This document shows, in pieces, positions 49,296 to 58,446 of a stretch of 64,000 bases of DNA. The translations under genes were made by a program, and so were the position numbers. Source of the stretch: Polyangiales bacterium (lineage in GTDB: Bacteria; Myxococcota_A; Polyangia; Polyangiales; Ga0077539); contig JAXLYI010000006.1 in the NCBI GenBank assembly GCA_046351555.1, positions 378,284-442,283 on the forward strand, given 5' to 3'. A model generated the notes under the pieces. That model did not search any database. It was not told the DNA's origin and worked only from the letters and a program-made list of their open reading frames with translations. Position 1 is the first letter of the stretch, and every line of letters begins with the position of its first letter.

Positions 49296-49709
49296 TCCAC
49301 TTTCCTTGCTTGCAGCGCCGGCGGAATACGGCGGGTCCCAACGGAGCCGCGCGCAGACGGGTGCTGCTTCAGGCCGCGCGGCGCTGCGTCCGCACGTCCT
49401 GACTCAACCTGTTTGCGGCGAGTCCCATTCCCGCGTTCCCTCCCCACGACGGCGTGAGTCCGGGCGCCCCGCGCTCCGTCGCACGTGGCACCCCGAAAGA
49501 GGAACGCGTGTCGCCTCCCCGTCGCGACAAGCACCTCTGAAAGCGCTCTACCGAAGGGGGCGAACCAACCTGATCGACCGCGCACCCCTCCGCGAGGCGC
49601 GCACTTGTATTTCAGCGTGTTCGCCGGAGTCCAGTCCTCCGGGAGCGGCCGGACTGTAGTCAATCAAGACGCTCCAGTCAATAGTGACCTTCGCGCGCTG
49701 AACGGCGAT

Positions 49710-50615
49710 TCAGTCGGCGAGGAGCCCGACGCGGACGCCCCCGTCGGAGACGACGAAGTCCCTCACGCCGGCCCAGTCCATCACGGCCTGGACGATCACG
49801 GCGCCGGCGACGATGACGTCGGCGCGGCGGGGGTCGAGGCCGGGCACCGCGCGGCGCGCGTCGAGCGGGAGCGAGGCGAGCCGGTCGACGAGGAGGTCGA
49901 CCACGGGGCGCGCGAGGCGCATGCCGTGGATGCGCTCGTGCGCGTAGGGGACGACGGCCTCGTGGACGGCCGCGAGCGTGGTGACGGTGCCGGCGACGCC
50001 GACGAGGGCGTGGTGGGCGGGCGCGGCGTCGAGCGAGGCGAGGGCGCGGTCGGCGGCGGCGCGGAGCGCGAGGAGCTCGGTCGCGCTCGGTGGGTCGTTG
50101 CGGACGTGGCGCTCGGTGAGCCGGACGGCGCCGACGTCCACCGAGCGCGCGGAGCGGGGCGCGGGGTCGCCCGCGAGGCCGACGGTCACCTCGGTGGAGC
50201 CGCCGCCGATGTCGAAGGTGACCACGGGCGCGCCCGCGTCGAGCGCGAGCCCGAGGAGCGCGCCGCGGAAGGCCGCGCGGGCCTCGGCCTCGCCCGAGAG
50301 CGTCTCGACCTCGACGCCAAGGAGCTCGCGCGCGGGCCCGAGGAAGTCGTCGCGGTTGGACGCGTCACGCACCGCGCTCGTGGCGACCGCGCGCACCGAG
50401 GTGACGTTGCGTGCGCGGAGCTCGGCGGCGTAGTCGCGCAGGACGTCGAGCGTGCGGGCGACGGCCTCGGGCGCGAGCCGGCGGGTCGCGTCGACGCCGG
50501 CGCCGAGGCGCGTGACCACGGCGCGGTCGACCACGCGGGCGAGCGAGTCGCCCTGGACGTCGGCGATGAGGAGGAGGGTGGAGTTGGTGCCGATGTCGAC
50601 GGCCGCGCGGAGCAC
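49710..50615 (-). CDS. Ppx/GppA-family exopolyphosphatase / pppGpp phosphohydrolase (catalytic N-terminal domains only)
   Basis: VDIGTNSTLLLIA, FDIGGGSTE, GVAGTVTT actin-fold motifs. GTG start (50613-50615) overlaps the upstream stop (cTGAccGTG). Confidence 0.75.
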   Translation of the reverse strand: MLRAAVDIGTNSTLLLIADVQGDSLARVVDRAVVTRLGAGVDATRRLAPEAVARTLDVLRDYAAELRARNVTSVRAVATSAVRDASNRDDFLGPARELLGVEVETLSGEAEARAAFRGALLGLALDAGAPVVTFDIGGGSTEVTVGLAGDPAPRSARSVDVGAVRLTERHVRNDPPSATELLALRAAADRALASLDAAPAHHALVGVAGTVTTLAAVHEAVVPYAHERIHGMRLARPVVDLLVDRLASLPLDARRAVPGLDPRRADVIVAGAVIVQAVMDWAGVRDFVVSDGGVRVGLLAD

Positions 50616-50617
50616 GG

Positions 50618-51463
50618 TCAGCGCGCGGTGGGCGCGGTGGCCGGGGGCGCGGCGGGGGCGGTCGCGCCGGGCGCGGGCGCGGCGGGGGCGCCGGGCGCGT
50701 CGAGCGAGGTGAGGTCGGGGAGCTCCTCGATGTTGGGCATGAGGATGATCTCGACGCGGCGGTTCTGCCCGCGGTTCTCGTCCGTGTCGTTGGGCCGCGC
50801 GGGCTGGAACTCCGCGTACCCCGCGGCGCCGAGGTGCTCGGCGGGCACCTGGTTCTGCGCGAGGAAGCGCACCACCGTGGTCGCGCGCGCCGAGGAGAGG
50901 TCCCAGTTGTCCTCGTAGCGGCCGCCGCGCGAGAGGCGCTGGTTGTCGGTGTGGCCCGCCACGAGGAAGTCGCGGTCGCGGATCTGCGTGAGCACCGACG
51001 CGACCTGCGTGAGCACCTGCTGCCCCTCGGGCTTGAGCTCCGCGCGGCCCGAGTCGAAAAGAATCCCCGCGGGCAGCTCGATCACCATCCGCCCGCGCAC
51101 CACGCGGACGCGGAGCTGGCCCGCCGAGATCATCGAGCGGAACGACTGGAGCATGTTGCGGTACGCCGCGAGGCGCGCCGCCTGGAGCTGCTCGCGCCGC
51201 CGCAGCTCGGCCAGCTCGGTCGCCGTCCGGTCGCGCTCGGTCGCCGTCCGGTCGCGCTCGCCCGACACGATGCCGAGCCGCTGCTCCATGTCGTTGGCGC
51301 GCGCGGTGAGCTCGTTGAGCTGCGTCTGCAGCCGGTCGCGCTCGCCGCTGCGCTCGTCGAGCTGGCGCTGGAGCTCCCGCTGCTCGCGGAGCTTCCCCTG
51401 CCACTCGTCCTCGTTGTGGCCGCAGGCCGCGACCGCCAGCGAAGCCCCGAAAAACAAGGGCAT
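50618..51463 (-). CDS. OmpA/MotB-domain lipoprotein with an N-terminal coiled coil
   Basis: Lipobox SLAVAACG; coiled coil with an 18-bp tandem duplication (ERDRTAT x2); OmpA-like C-terminal domain (GHTDN...LSSARA). Confidence 0.75.
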   Translation of the reverse strand: MPLFFGASLAVAACGHNEDEWQGKLREQRELQRQLDERSGERDRLQTQLNELTARANDMEQRLGIVSGERDRTATERDRTATELAELRRREQLQAARLAAYRNMLQSFRSMISAGQLRVRVVRGRMVIELPAGILFDSGRAELKPEGQQVLTQVASVLTQIRDRDFLVAGHTDNQRLSRGGRYEDNWDLSSARATTVVRFLAQNQVPAEHLGAAGYAEFQPARPNDTDENRGQNRRVEIILMPNIEELPDLTSLDAPGAPAAPAPGATAPAAPPATAPTAR

Positions 51464-51653
51464 CGCGCGCGAAAACAGGGGGCTCCGGGGGGTCTCGATC
51501 ATGGGCGGGGGACGGTAGAGAAGGTGTCAAGTCGGGGTCAAGGGAATTCAAAATGCCCACCGACGTGCTTTGCGTGCGACGTAGGTGCTTGACACCAAAC
51601 AAAACGACGATACATTACGTCACAGACAACCCACCACTGGAGGTAAGGGTTCC

Positions 51654-51965
51654 ATGGCAACTGCGAAGAAGACGGCGAAGAAGGCGGCCCCCAAGGCCAA
51701 GAAGTCCACGGCGAAGAAGGCGGCGAAGAAGACCGCGGCCAAGAAGGCGCCCGCGAAGAAGACCGCGAAGCGCGGCGCGGCCAAGAAGACCGCGGCGAAG
51801 CGCACGGCGAAGCGCGGCGCGGCCAAGAAGACCGCGGCCAAGAAGACCGCCAAGCGCGGCGCGGCCAAGAAGGCGGCGGCCCCGAAGGCGAAGAAGGCGC
51901 GCGCGGCCAAGAAGACCGCGGCCCCCGCGGCCCCCGCGGCGACGACCAGCGACAGCGAGGAGTAG
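51654..51965 (+). CDS. histone H1-like Lys/Ala-rich nucleoid protein
   Basis: MATAKKTAKKAAPKAKK...(AKKTAAKR/TAKRGAAKK repeats); GGAGG RBS; 103 aa. Confidence 0.75.
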   Translation: MATAKKTAKKAAPKAKKSTAKKAAKKTAAKKAPAKKTAKRGAAKKTAAKRTAKRGAAKKTAAKKTAKRGAAKKAAAPKAKKARAAKKTAAPAAPAATTSDSEE

Positions 51966-52074
51966 CCTCCTCCGTCCTCCCAAGGACGACTGAAGGCCGG
52001 TGCTCACCTCACGGTGGCGCCGGCCTTCGGCTATTTGGGCCCCTCCGCCCTTGACCCGCCCCCCGCCCCGTGCA

Positions 52075-52893
52075 TCAGCCCGAGGCCGCCTCGCCGCCGT
52101 CGACGAAGATCACGTTGCCGTTGACCCAGCGCGTCCCCTCGCCCGCGAGCGCGACGACCGCCTGCGCGACGTCGTCGGGCGTGGTGAGGCGCCCGTGGGG
52201 GTTGCGCGCGAGGGCCTTCGCCACGATCGCCTCGTGCCCCGGGATCTTCTCCAGCGCGGGGGTGCGCGTGACGCCCGCGCAGATCGCGTTGGCGGTGAAG
52301 CCGCGGCGCGCGCCCTCGAGCGCGAGCTGGCGCACCCACGCCTCGAGCGCGGCCTTCGCGGCCCCCACCGCGCCGTACTCCGCGATCGCGTGGCGCCCGC
52401 CCTCGCTCGTCATCGCGAGCACGCGCCCGTGCTCGCCGAGGTGCCCGCGCGCGACGAGGTCGCGCGTCCAGTAGACGAGCGACGAGGACATCACGTCGAG
52501 CGTCATCTCCACCTGCATCCGCGTGAGGGGCTCGCCGTTGATCCCGGGCAGCGCGGGCCGCAGCGAGCCGAACGCGAGCGAGTGGAGCAGCACCCGCACG
52601 CGCTCGCCCCTCCCCCGCTCGGCGAGGCGCGCGTCGACCGCGTCGAGCACCGCCTGGCGCTTGCCGTCGTCGGCCGCGTTGCTGTTGAAGAACCACGCCT
52701 CGCGCCCCAGCGCGCGGACCTTCGCGACCACCTCCTCGACGTGCGGCATCGTCGAGCGGCGGTCGAGGTGGACGCCGACGATGTCCATCCCCGCCGCGGC
52801 GAGGGCGAGCGCGGCGGCCTCGCCGAAGCCGCTCGAGGCGCCGAGCACGAGGGCGAAGCCGTTCAACGGGCGGGGGGGCGTAGGGTCGCTCAT
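52075..52893 (-). CDS. SDR-family oxidoreductase (enoyl-ACP reductase FabL-like)
   Basis: LVLGASSGFG Rossmann motif; Y(A)xxK catalytic motif YGAVGAAK. Confidence 0.8.
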   Translation of the reverse strand: MSDPTPPRPLNGFALVLGASSGFGEAAALALAAAGMDIVGVHLDRRSTMPHVEEVVAKVRALGREAWFFNSNAADDGKRQAVLDAVDARLAERGRGERVRVLLHSLAFGSLRPALPGINGEPLTRMQVEMTLDVMSSSLVYWTRDLVARGHLGEHGRVLAMTSEGGRHAIAEYGAVGAAKAALEAWVRQLALEGARRGFTANAICAGVTRTPALEKIPGHEAIVAKALARNPHGRLTTPDDVAQAVVALAGEGTRWVNGNVIFVDGGEAASG

Positions 52894-52976
52894 GGGTCGC
52901 GGGGATTCCTACACCGTCCCGCGGGCGCTTCCTACCCTGGACGCGCGCGGCGCCGTGCTGGTACGGTGCGCCCCGC

Positions 52977-53429
52977 ATGGTGCCCCCCACGCTGCGACTC
53001 GTCGCGCTCGTCGCGCTCCTCGGCGGGTGCACCATCGAGGGCTCGCGCCAGGCCGGCGACACGTGCCTGATGGCCCGCGAGTGCGCCCCGCCCCTGCGCT
53101 GCGAGGTCACCTCCGAGGGCGTCGCGCGCTGCGTCCCGCCCGTGCGCCTCGAGCTCCCCGACGCGGCCGCGCCCGACGCGTCCCCCGACGTCGCCCCGAT
53201 GGACGCCGCGCCCGACGCGTCCCCCGACGTCGCCCCGATGGACGCCGCGCCCGACCTCGCGCCGATGGACGCGCCCCGCGAGGCCGCGCCCGCGGACGTG
53301 CCCCGCGAGCCCGCCGCCGACGCCTCGCCCGACGCGCCGGAAGACGCGCGGGCCGACCTCGCCGTAGACGCCGCGGACGACGTCGACGACGCCGGCGACG
53401 ACCGCCCGCGCGAGGCCGCGACCGATTGA
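52977..53429 (+). CDS. lipoprotein with a 39-bp tandem repeat (DAAPDASPDVAPM) and an acidic tail
   Basis: Lipobox LVALVALLGGC; high GC3; repeat 'gacgccgcgcccgacgcgtcccccgacgtcgccccgatg' x2. Confidence 0.5.
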   Translation: MVPPTLRLVALVALLGGCTIEGSRQAGDTCLMARECAPPLRCEVTSEGVARCVPPVRLELPDAAAPDASPDVAPMDAAPDASPDVAPMDAAPDLAPMDAPREAAPADVPREPAADASPDAPEDARADLAVDAADDVDDAGDDRPREAATD

Positions 53430-53476
53430 CGCGGCACGCGCGCTGCTTGACGACGGCCGCGGTGGCATCATCGTCC

Positions 53477-54733
53477 GCACACGCCATGAAGACTTCGAAT
53501 GCCTTGCGCGCACTCGCACTCGGTGCCGCGCTCGCTGCGGGCTGCGGCGAGGACTCCGTGCGCTACCCCGACGCGCTCGACGGCGGCTGGCGGCCGGCGC
53601 CCGCGACGCGCTGGGCCCAGCCCGACGGCGGCGCCGGGGGCTACGCCTACGTCACCAACAGCCTGATGAACTCCGTCTCCATCCTCGACCTCGCCGCGCG
53701 GCGCACGGTCGCGACGATCCCGGTCGGGGTCGTGCCGCTGGCGGAGAACGGCCCCCACCACCTCGCCGTCATCGCGCGCGACAACGCGGTGTACATGCCG
53801 CTGTCGTTCCCGCCGCCGAGCGTCCCGTCGGGGCCGCACGCGGCGCACGGTTCGTCGACGCGGCCGGGCGTCTTCATCAAGCGCGCGCTCGACGACTTCC
53901 GCCTCCTCGGGCGCGTCGACATCGACCCCAACCCCGGCGAGATGGTCGTCTCCCCCGACGGCCGCCGCGCCTTCGTCTCCCACTTCGACCTCATCCGCGC
54001 GCAGGCCAACCCCAACGACCGCGCGGCGCAGCGCTCGAACCTCATCGTCATCGACACCCGCACGATGGAGCGCGAGTTCACCGTGCCCCTCTGCGTCGCG
54101 GCCCACGGCATGGCCGTCGCGCCCGACGGCCGCACCGTCTACGCCGCCTGCTACGGCGAGGACGCGCTCGCCGTCGTCTCGCTCGCCGGCGCGCGCCCCG
54201 AGGTCACGCTCGTCCCCATCCGCGACCAGCTCGCGCCCAACCCCACCTCGCCCGCCTACGGCCCCTACGCCGTCACCGCCGCGCCCGACGGGTCCACCGT
54301 GTGGGTCGGCTGCTCCGCCGTCTCCGGCAGCCGCGGGCTCTTCATCGCCTTCGACACCGCCACCCGCCGCTTCGACCCCGCCCGCGCCACCACCTCGCTC
54401 CAGGGCACGCCCATGTTCGGCGCGTACGCCGCCGACGGCGCCAGCCTGGTGCTCCCGCTCCAGGGCCGCGACGCGGTCGCGCGGCTCACCACCGCCGCGC
54501 CGCTGCGCATCATGGAGCAGCGCGCGATGCCCGCCGAGACGTGCACCCTCCCGCACGTCATCTCCCGCGGCCCCGACGGGCTCTACTACCTCGTCTGCGA
54601 GGGCCGCCACGACCGCATCCGCGAGGACCCCGGCGCCGTGCTCGCCCTCCACCCCGACACCCTCGACGTCGTCGCCACCTACCCCGTCGGCGAGTACCCC
54701 GACGCGATCGTCTTCACGGGGGCGCCGCGATGA
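53477..54733 (+). CDS. lipoprotein with YVTN-type beta-propeller repeats
   Basis: Lipobox ALALGAALAAGCG. Repeated motifs (YVTNSLMNSVSILD; SPDGRRAFVSH; APDGRTVYAAC; APDGSTVWVGC) are typical of YVTN/lactonase 7-bladed propellers. Confidence 0.65.
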   Translation, partial: AHAMKTSNALRALALGAALAAGCGEDSVRYPDALDGGWRPAPATRWAQPDGGAGGYAYVTNSLMNSVSILDLAARRTVATIPVGVVPLAENGPHHLAVIARDNAVYMPLSFPPPSVPSGPHAAHGSSTRPGVFIKRALDDFRLLGRVDIDPNPGEMVVSPDGRRAFVSHFDLIRAQANPNDRAAQRSNLIVIDTRTMEREFTVPLCVAAHGMAVAPDGRTVYAACYGEDALAVVSLAGARPEVTLVPIRDQLAPNPTSPAYGPYAVTAAPDGSTVWVGCSAVSGSRGLFIAFDTATRRFDPARATTSLQGTPMFGAYAADGASLVLPLQGRDAVARLTTAAPLRIMEQRAMPAETCTLPHVISRGPDGLYYLVCEGRHDRIREDPGAVLALHPDTLDVVATYPVGEYPDAIVFTGAPR

Positions 54734-55470
54734 AGCGCGCCCTCCTCGCAGTGGCTCTCTGCGCGCTCTCCTGCGGGGGCGAGGTGCGCGACGGGACGGC
54801 CGTCGAGCTCGGCGCGTCCCTCGCCGCCAACCCCCGCGTCACGCGCTCGCAGTACAACCCCTTCTCCTGCCTCACGTGCCACGCGGTGCGGCCCGGCGGC
54901 GACCGCGCGCTGCCCGGCGCTCCGCTCCAGGGGGCCGCGCGCCGCCCGAGCTTCTGGGGCGGCGAAGTCGCGCACCTCCGCGAGGCCGTCGAGCGCTGCT
55001 GGGTGGGCTTCATGCGCGGCGACGCCCGCGACCTCGACGCGCGCGACGGCCAGGCCATCGCCGCGTGGCTTGAGTCCCTCGCGCCGGAAGGCTCCACCGA
55101 AGGGACCGCCGCCGTCCCCCGCACGTGGGCCGTCTCCGTCCGTGACCCCGGCGCCGGCGGCGACCCCGCCCTCGGCCGCGCCGCGTGGCAGCGGGCCTGC
55201 GCGTACTGCCACGGCGCGCTCGACACCGCCGCGGGCCGCCTCGCGCCGCTCGTGTCGCGGCTCCCGCAGGACACCCTCGCCGAGCACTGCGACGACGACC
55301 TCGCCGTCGCCGGGTACACCGACCGCCAGGCATACCTCCGCGGCGTTCTCGCGGAGAAGACGCGCCACGGGAGCTTCCTCGGGTACGCCGGCGCGATGCC
55401 GCCGTTCACGCAGGAGGTCCTCTCCGACGACGACGTGCGCCACCTCGCCTCCCTCTTCCGCTGCCCCTGA
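54730..55470 (+). CDS. diheme c-type cytochrome lipoprotein
   Basis: ATGA overlap with the propeller gene. Lipobox LAVALCALSCGG. Two CxxCH motifs (CLTCH, CAYCH), each followed by a Met-containing region. Confidence 0.65.
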   Translation: MKRALLAVALCALSCGGEVRDGTAVELGASLAANPRVTRSQYNPFSCLTCHAVRPGGDRALPGAPLQGAARRPSFWGGEVAHLREAVERCWVGFMRGDARDLDARDGQAIAAWLESLAPEGSTEGTAAVPRTWAVSVRDPGAGGDPALGRAAWQRACAYCHGALDTAAGRLAPLVSRLPQDTLAEHCDDDLAVAGYTDRQAYLRGVLAEKTRHGSFLGYAGAMPPFTQEVLSDDDVRHLASLFRCP

Positions 55471-55486
55471 CGGAGATTCTTGACCG

Positions 55487-56314
55487 ATGCCCACCGCCCA
55501 CGTCCACGGCGTCGACCTCTACTTCGAGTCCTTCGGCGACGAGGCCGCGCCTCCCTTCGTGCTCATCATGGGCCTCGGCGCGCAGCTCCTCGGCTGGGAC
55601 GAGGGCTTCTGCCGCCTGCTCGCGGCCCGCGGGTACCGCGTCACGCGCTTCGACAACCGCGACGTCGGGCTCTCGTCGCGCTGCTCGGGCCGCGCCCCCT
55701 ACGCGCTCGAGGACATGGCCGACGACGTCGCCGGGCTCCTCGACGCGCTCGGCGCCCCCTCGGCCCACGTCGCGGGGTGCTCCATGGGCGGCATGATCGC
55801 GCAGCTCCTCGCGATCAGGCACCCCGCGCGGGTGCGTTCGCTCGCGTCGATCATGTCGTCGACGGGCGCGCCGGGCGTGGGCTGGCCGCGCGCCGACGCG
55901 ATGTGGGTGCTGATGCAGCCCGCGCCCGCGGAGCGAGCGGCCTTCATCGAGCACATGCTCCGGGTGATGCGCTTCATCGGCTCGCCCGCGCACCCGATCG
56001 ACGAAGAAGCCGCGCGGCGGCGCATCGCGCTGGGCTTCGACCGCGGCCACGAGCCCGCCGGCGTCGCCCGCCAGGCGCGCGCGGTGATCTCCCAGCGCGA
56101 CCGCACCGCGGCCCTCGCGGACGTGAAGGCCCCCACCGTGGTGATCCACGGCGAGGCCGACGTGCTCGTGCGCCCTGACGGGGGCGAGGCGACGGCGCGG
56201 GCGATCCCGGGGGCGCGTCACGTGAGCGTGCCGGGGATGGGGCACGACCTGCCGCCTGCCCTCTGGCCGATGCTGGTCGACGCGCTCGACGCCAACGCGC
56301 GGCGCGCGGGCTGA
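55487..56314 (+). CDS. alpha/beta hydrolase
   Basis: HGVDLYFE...FVLIMGLG...GCSMGG nucleophile elbow; the C-terminal GHDLPP region would carry the catalytic His. Confidence 0.85.
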   Translation: MPTAHVHGVDLYFESFGDEAAPPFVLIMGLGAQLLGWDEGFCRLLAARGYRVTRFDNRDVGLSSRCSGRAPYALEDMADDVAGLLDALGAPSAHVAGCSMGGMIAQLLAIRHPARVRSLASIMSSTGAPGVGWPRADAMWVLMQPAPAERAAFIEHMLRVMRFIGSPAHPIDEEAARRRIALGFDRGHEPAGVARQARAVISQRDRTAALADVKAPTVVIHGEADVLVRPDGGEATARAIPGARHVSVPGMGHDLPPALWPMLVDALDANARRAG

Positions 56315-56315
56315 G

Positions 56316-57239
56316 CTACAGGTCGGCGCAGCAGCGGAAGCCGATCTGGTAGTAGCGGAAGCCCTCGTCGTGGCGGCGCGTGGCGGGGCGGCAGCGGGTG
56401 CGGACGCGGCCCCAGTAGCCGCCCTTGAGCACCGACTGGTGGGGCGCGCCCGTGCGGCTGACGGCCCACTCGTCGACGTTGCCGGTCATGTCGCGCGCGC
56501 CGTAGGGCGACTCGCAGCGGGGGTACGCGCCGCTCGGCGCCGCCTGCGAGACGCGCGCGGCCTCCTCGGCGGCGCGCTCGCGGTCGTTGCCGGTGACGAC
56601 GTCGCGCTCGTACTCGAGGTTGTGGCGGTCGATGTTGCACGTGGTGGCGTCGCGGTCGTAGCCCCAGGGGTAGGGGAGCATCGCGGGGCCCTCGCACGCG
56701 AGGGTCCATTCGTCTTCGGTGCAGAGCCTGCGGCCGGCGCGGCGGCAGAGGTCGGCGGCCTCGTTCCAGGAGACGACGACGGCGGGCGCGGCGCCCTCGC
56801 GGTTGGGCCACTCGTAGCGGTCGATGCAGAAGTCCATCGGGCGCGTGCGGCGGCTGCGGCAGCGCGTGGGCTTGCGGAAGTGCAGGCAGCGCTCGCGCTC
56901 GTCGTCCGACATCTCCAGGCACTCCTGGCGGACCTCCGGGCAGAAATCACCCGTCACGCGAACCGTCCCCTCGGGGCACTGCCCCGCCGGAGCAACGGGC
57001 ACGTTGGGCGCGGGCGCGCTGGGCGCGGCGTCGGGCGCGCGGTGGTGGCGGTGGTGACGCGCGTCGCGGTCGTCGCGGTCGTCGGCGTCGCGGTGGCGGC
57101 GGTGGTGGCGCACGCCTTCGGGGGTGACGTCGGAGGCGACCTCGGGGGCGACGCGCGGGGCGTCGGCAGTGAGGGTGGCCCACGTGGAGAGGGTCAGCGC
57201 GGCGGCGCCGACCCCGGCGCTCATGCGAGGGGAGTTCAT
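56316..57239 (-). CDS. formylglycine-generating-enzyme (FGE/SUMF1) family protein with a His/Arg/Asp-rich N-terminal tract
   Basis: FGE-sulfatase fold motifs (VSWNEAADLC, RLCTEDEWTLACEG, GNVDEWA, GGYW, GFRCC). N-terminal RHHRRHRDADDRDDRDARHHRHHR follows the signal peptide. Confidence 0.7.
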   Translation of the reverse strand: MNSPRMSAGVGAAALTLSTWATLTADAPRVAPEVASDVTPEGVRHHRRHRDADDRDDRDARHHRHHRAPDAAPSAPAPNVPVAPAGQCPEGTVRVTGDFCPEVRQECLEMSDDERERCLHFRKPTRCRSRRTRPMDFCIDRYEWPNREGAAPAVVVSWNEAADLCRRAGRRLCTEDEWTLACEGPAMLPYPWGYDRDATTCNIDRHNLEYERDVVTGNDRERAAEEAARVSQAAPSGAYPRCESPYGARDMTGNVDEWAVSRTGAPHQSVLKGGYWGRVRTRCRPATRRHDEGFRYYQIGFRCCADL

Positions 57240-57330
57240 CCGTCGAGGCAATCCAACGGCACGGGAGGGCGCCGCGTCCAGCGCGCTGCGCGTCGAGTCG
57301 ACCGAAGTCGAAACATCCCTCCCCGAACAG

Positions 57331-57780
57331 TCACTCGCGCGTGGTGTTGCGGCGCTCGGCGGCGCGCGGGGGAGCGGTGTCGACGGGCTCGGTGCCCGAA
57401 GGGACGGAGGGGGCGCCCGCGTCCGCGGCGCGCTCGCCGGTGGGGACCCAGTCGGCCTCGGTGAGCGCGCGCTGGAGGTCGGCGCGGTCGGTGTCGGGCA
57501 GCGGGGCGCCGGCCTCGATCATCTCGCGGGTGACGGCGAGCCAGTGGCGCGCGTCGGCGCGCTGCCCGAGGTGGGCGTGGCTGAGCCCGCGCACGTAGCC
57601 GTAGCGGGCGCGGTCGGCGCGGTCGAGGTCGCCGAGGGCGTGCTCGAGGTCGCTGAGGTTGGTCACGGCCTCTCCGTAGCGGCCGGCGCGGTAGTGCTCC
57701 TCGGCGCGGTCGAGTTGGCTGCGGTAGTTCCAGCAGCCGAGGGAGGCGGCGAGGAGCAGGGCGGCGAGGGCGAGGCGGGT
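57331..57780 (-). CDS. small lipoprotein with TPR-like helical content
   Basis: ATG at 57778-57780; lipobox LLLAASLGCWN; 149 aa. The longer upstream ORF extension is low-complexity. Confidence 0.5.
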   Translation of the reverse strand, partial: TRLALAALLLAASLGCWNYRSQLDRAEEHYRAGRYGEAVTNLSDLEHALGDLDRADRARYGYVRGLSHAHLGQRADARHWLAVTREMIEAGAPLPDTDRADLQRALTEADWVPTGERAADAGAPSVPSGTEPVDTAPPRAAERRNTTRE

Positions 57781-57911
57781 CATCGGGCGCGAAGCTACCA
57801 CCGGGGCGGCGGCGCTGGGAATGTCCCGGCGGGTTGTGGTGTTTCGAAAACGCCGAGGGCACCCGCCGTTGCGCGGCGCGTGCCCTCGAGTCGTCAACCG
57901 GATTCGGTGCA

Positions 57912-58125
57912 GTGGAAGCGGAGGAGAAGCCGTCACGAAGCCCAAGGAGAAGCGAGGCCCAAGCGAAGCGAGTCGAAGCGAGGTCAAGCGAAGCGGAAGG
58001 CCGAAGCGAAGGTGGAGGTGAGGCGAAGGAGGGAAGACGAAGGGAAGCGGAAGCGAAGACGAAGCGAAGCGCAGGCGCCTGCAAGCCAAGCGAAGAAGGA
58101 GCGAAGCGAAGGAGGTCAAGACCCG
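57912..58125. repeat. ~210-bp purine-rich degenerate (GAAGCGA)n tract in the intergenic region
   Basis: Direct reading: ...gaagcggaggagaagcc...aagcgaagcgagtcgaagcgaggtcaagcgaagcggaagg...gaagcgaagacgaagcgaagcg... Third-position GC is low, unlike host genes. Confidence 0.8.
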
Positions 58126-58446
58126 CGTTCACGTGGCGCCATCAACCTGGCGGGCGGCGGAGCCGCGTGAACGTTGCGGAAGCGACAGAAGAAGTGCCTC
58201 GGGCGGGGGGAGTAGCGCCGGAGACGTTTGGGATGTTTGCAGCCGCCGTGCCGGCCAAAGACGGGCGCGCTTTCACCACAGGTTTCCCGGTGATTTCAAG
58301 CCCAATCGTCCCGCCCGCGAGGCATCGGGCCCGCACGAGTCCCACCGGAATCTGACATCCGTGTCGCACCCGTGACGAATCACGGCGCGTTGCGGGGCTG
58401 TTCCTCGCAGGAAAGGGCTTGTTTTCCCGCGTGAGGTGGGACCCTG

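Noticed and set aside
49296-49709. Possible tRNA or sRNA in the 414-bp cdnL upstream region (hairpin ccggagtccagtcctccgg, TTGACT repeats)
   Set aside because: No acceptor, D or T-arm pattern could be folded. The TTGACT...TTGATTGACT motifs look like -35-type promoter elements for cdnL, not an RNA gene.
57834-58355. 173-aa Glu/Lys/Arg/Ala-rich ORF in the GAAGCGA tract
   Set aside because: Third-position GC is low and the sequence is a simple purine repeat, unlike host coding sequence.
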